Positions 30,519 to 32,000 of a stretch of 32,000 bases of DNA are shown in pieces. Below the pieces are notes generated by a model. That model made no database searches. It was not told where the DNA came from and was given only the letters and a program-made list of their open reading frames with translations. The DNA lies in assembly GCA_041944835.1 (NCBI GenBank), contig CP145879.1, forward strand, positions 283,621 to 315,620, given 5' to 3'. Position 1 is the first letter of the stretch. The number at the start of each line of letters is the position of its first letter. Origin of the DNA: Candidatus Dasytiphilus stammeri (GTDB taxonomy: Bacteria > Pseudomonadota > Gammaproteobacteria > Enterobacterales > Enterobacteriaceae). The translations under genes and the position numbers were made by a program.

Positions 30519-31322
30519 TTATTTATAATATTTATTAAGAGCTTCTTGAAATTGTTCAAGTAAATCCCAGTACACATCTTGTAAATCATGACCTTTACTC
30601 CACCATCGAACGATTAAATTTAAAGAAGATACTCCTATTTCATGTAGTCTTATAGTTATTTCACGTTCTTTTATAATACGTTCATCTGCATACACTATAT
30701 CATGTATAATTTTTTTTAAAGTATTAATATTTGCATTAGGAGCAACTTTAAGTATGATTTCGTTACGACGTATAGGTTCACGAGAATAATTAATAATATT
30801 GCCGGCAATCACTTTACCATTAGGGATAACTATTGTTTTTCCATCAGCAGAAAGGAGTGTAGTTGAAAAAATCTGAATTTGTTGAACTATACCAGTAATA
30901 CCACCTAGATCAACGAATTCACCTACCCGTAAGGGTCTAAATATTACAAGTAATACTCCAGCTGCTAGATTTGAAAGAGATCCTTGTAATGCTAAACCCA
31001 CAGCTAAACCTGCGGCACCTAAAACGGCAATAATAGATGCTGTCTGCACCCCAACACGATTTAGTGCGGCAGTAACTGAAAAAGTGATAATACTATATCG
31101 TAACAGCATAGATAAAAAGTCTGCTACAGTAATATCTAAATGTCTTGCTAAAAATATTTTGTTTATATATTTTGCAATATAATTAGCAATTATCATACCA
31201 ATACATATAATTGTTATAGCAGATATAATATTTATTATATAACTCAATAATAATGAATGATTCAGTAGCATCCAATTAGCTGCATTTTTTATAAATGTAA
31301 TTATATTCTTGACTATTTCCAT
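30519..31322 (-). CDS. mscS: Small-conductance mechanosensitive channel MscS (YggB)
   Basis: The 267-aa ORF has VGVQTASIIAVLGAAGLAVGLALQGSLSNLAAGVLLVIFRP and IFSTTLLSADGKTIVIPNGKVIAGNIINYSREP, near-identical to E. coli MscS TM3. It is adjacent to fbaA, as in E. coli. Confidence 0.93.
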   Translation of the reverse strand: MEIVKNIITFIKNAANWMLLNHSLLLSYIINIISAITIICIGMIIANYIAKYINKIFLARHLDITVADFLSMLLRYSIITFSVTAALNRVGVQTASIIAVLGAAGLAVGLALQGSLSNLAAGVLLVIFRPLRVGEFVDLGGITGIVQQIQIFSTTLLSADGKTIVIPNGKVIAGNIINYSREPIRRNEIILKVAPNANINTLKKIIHDIVYADERIIKEREITIRLHEIGVSSLNLIVRWWSKGHDLQDVYWDLLEQFQEALNKYYK

Positions 31323-31345
31323 ATAATTTATAAAATTATATTTAT

Positions 31346-32000
31346 TTAAAATAAATCAATAGCGTTTAATTGTATAAAAATTTCTTCTAAACGTTCACAC
31401 ATACTTAACTGACCTGCTCGTAACCAATTTCTTGGATCATAAAATTTTTTATTTGGTTTATAAGTTCCTTCCGGATTTCCTAATTGACTATGTAAATATG
31501 CGGCATTATGTTGGTAATATTTCAAAACTCCATTCCAAGTGGCCCATTGTAGATCAGTATCAAAGTTGATTTTAACTACACCATAATTTATAGATTCTTT
31601 AATTTCCTTAAAAGTACAACCAGAACCTCCATGAAAAACAAAATATAATGGATTATATGGTAAATTATGTTTCTTACTTATAAAGTTTTGAGAACTTTTC
31701 AGTATAATTGGCATTAATTTTACATTTCCTGGCTTATAAACTCCATGTACATTACCAAAAGAAGCTGCTATTATAAATTGGGAACTAATAGAATTAAGTT
31801 GTTCGTAACAATAATTAACATCTTCTGGTTGGGTATATAATAAGGTATTATCTAAATGCACATTATTTACTCCATCTTCTTCACCACCAGTACAACCTAA
31901 TTCTACTTCTATAGTCATACCTATTTTTGACATAATAGATAGATAATAACAACTCATCGAAATATTTTCTTTCAGAGGTTCTTGAGAAAGATCCAGCATA
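31346..32000 (-). CDS. fbaA: Class II fructose-1,6-bisphosphate aldolase, C-terminal ~217 codons (5' end beyond the window)
   Basis: IEVELGCTGGEEDGV, AASFGNVHGVYKPGNV, FVFHGGSG, YGVVKINFDTDLQWA and YDPRNWLRAGQ match FbaA. The frame stays open to the window edge, so the M at 31999 is internal. Confidence 0.93.
   Translation of the reverse strand, partial: MLDLSQEPLKENISMSCYYLSIMSKIGMTIEVELGCTGGEEDGVNNVHLDNTLLYTQPEDVNYCYEQLNSISSQFIIAASFGNVHGVYKPGNVKLMPIILKSSQNFISKKHNLPYNPLYFVFHGGSGCTFKEIKESINYGVVKINFDTDLQWATWNGVLKYYQHNAAYLHSQLGNPEGTYKPNKKFYDPRNWLRAGQLSMCERLEEIFIQLNAIDLF

Noticed and set aside
31323-31345. ATAATTT-ata-AAATTAT dyad between fbaA and mscS
   Set aside because: It is an AT-only 7-bp dyad in a 23-nt spacer, indistinguishable from background.

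Overview
The window is strongly AT-biased (about 25% GC by eye) and tightly packed. Its gene content and local gene order match a reduced-genome, Enterobacterales-derived endosymbiont of the Wigglesworthia/Blochmannia type; I cannot name the species from sequence alone. I support 32 protein-coding genes (two cut by the window edges), one tRNA-Gly(GCC) and one pseudogene. Almost all are housekeeping genes in E. coli-like blocks: mutH-ygdQ; hflC-hflK-(hfq relic)-miaA-mutL-tsaE-nnr-tRNAGly-orn; efp; dxs-ispA-xseB; mnmE-yidC-yidD-rnpA-rpmH facing dnaN-gyrB; lysS-prfB; ygfZ; rpiA; mscS-fbaA. The one accessory element is an apparently intact five-gene Csu/sigma-type (archaic) chaperone-usher pilus operon at 1745-6999 on the minus strand. 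It encodes two spore-coat-U (SCPU) pilins, a chaperone, an usher and a two-domain tip adhesin, and sits at a synteny breakpoint between ygdQ and hflC with no mobility genes beside it. This is the most interesting system in the window. Other observations: dnaA is missing between rpmH and dnaN, and recF between dnaN and gyrB. hfq survives only as a 97-nt relic, and hflX and amiB are cleanly deleted. prfB lacks the programmed +1 frameshift. Many in-frame A9-A11 runs occur in coding sequence, including two A11 runs in mutL. I saw no CRISPR array, IS element, integrase, phage gene or rRNA.
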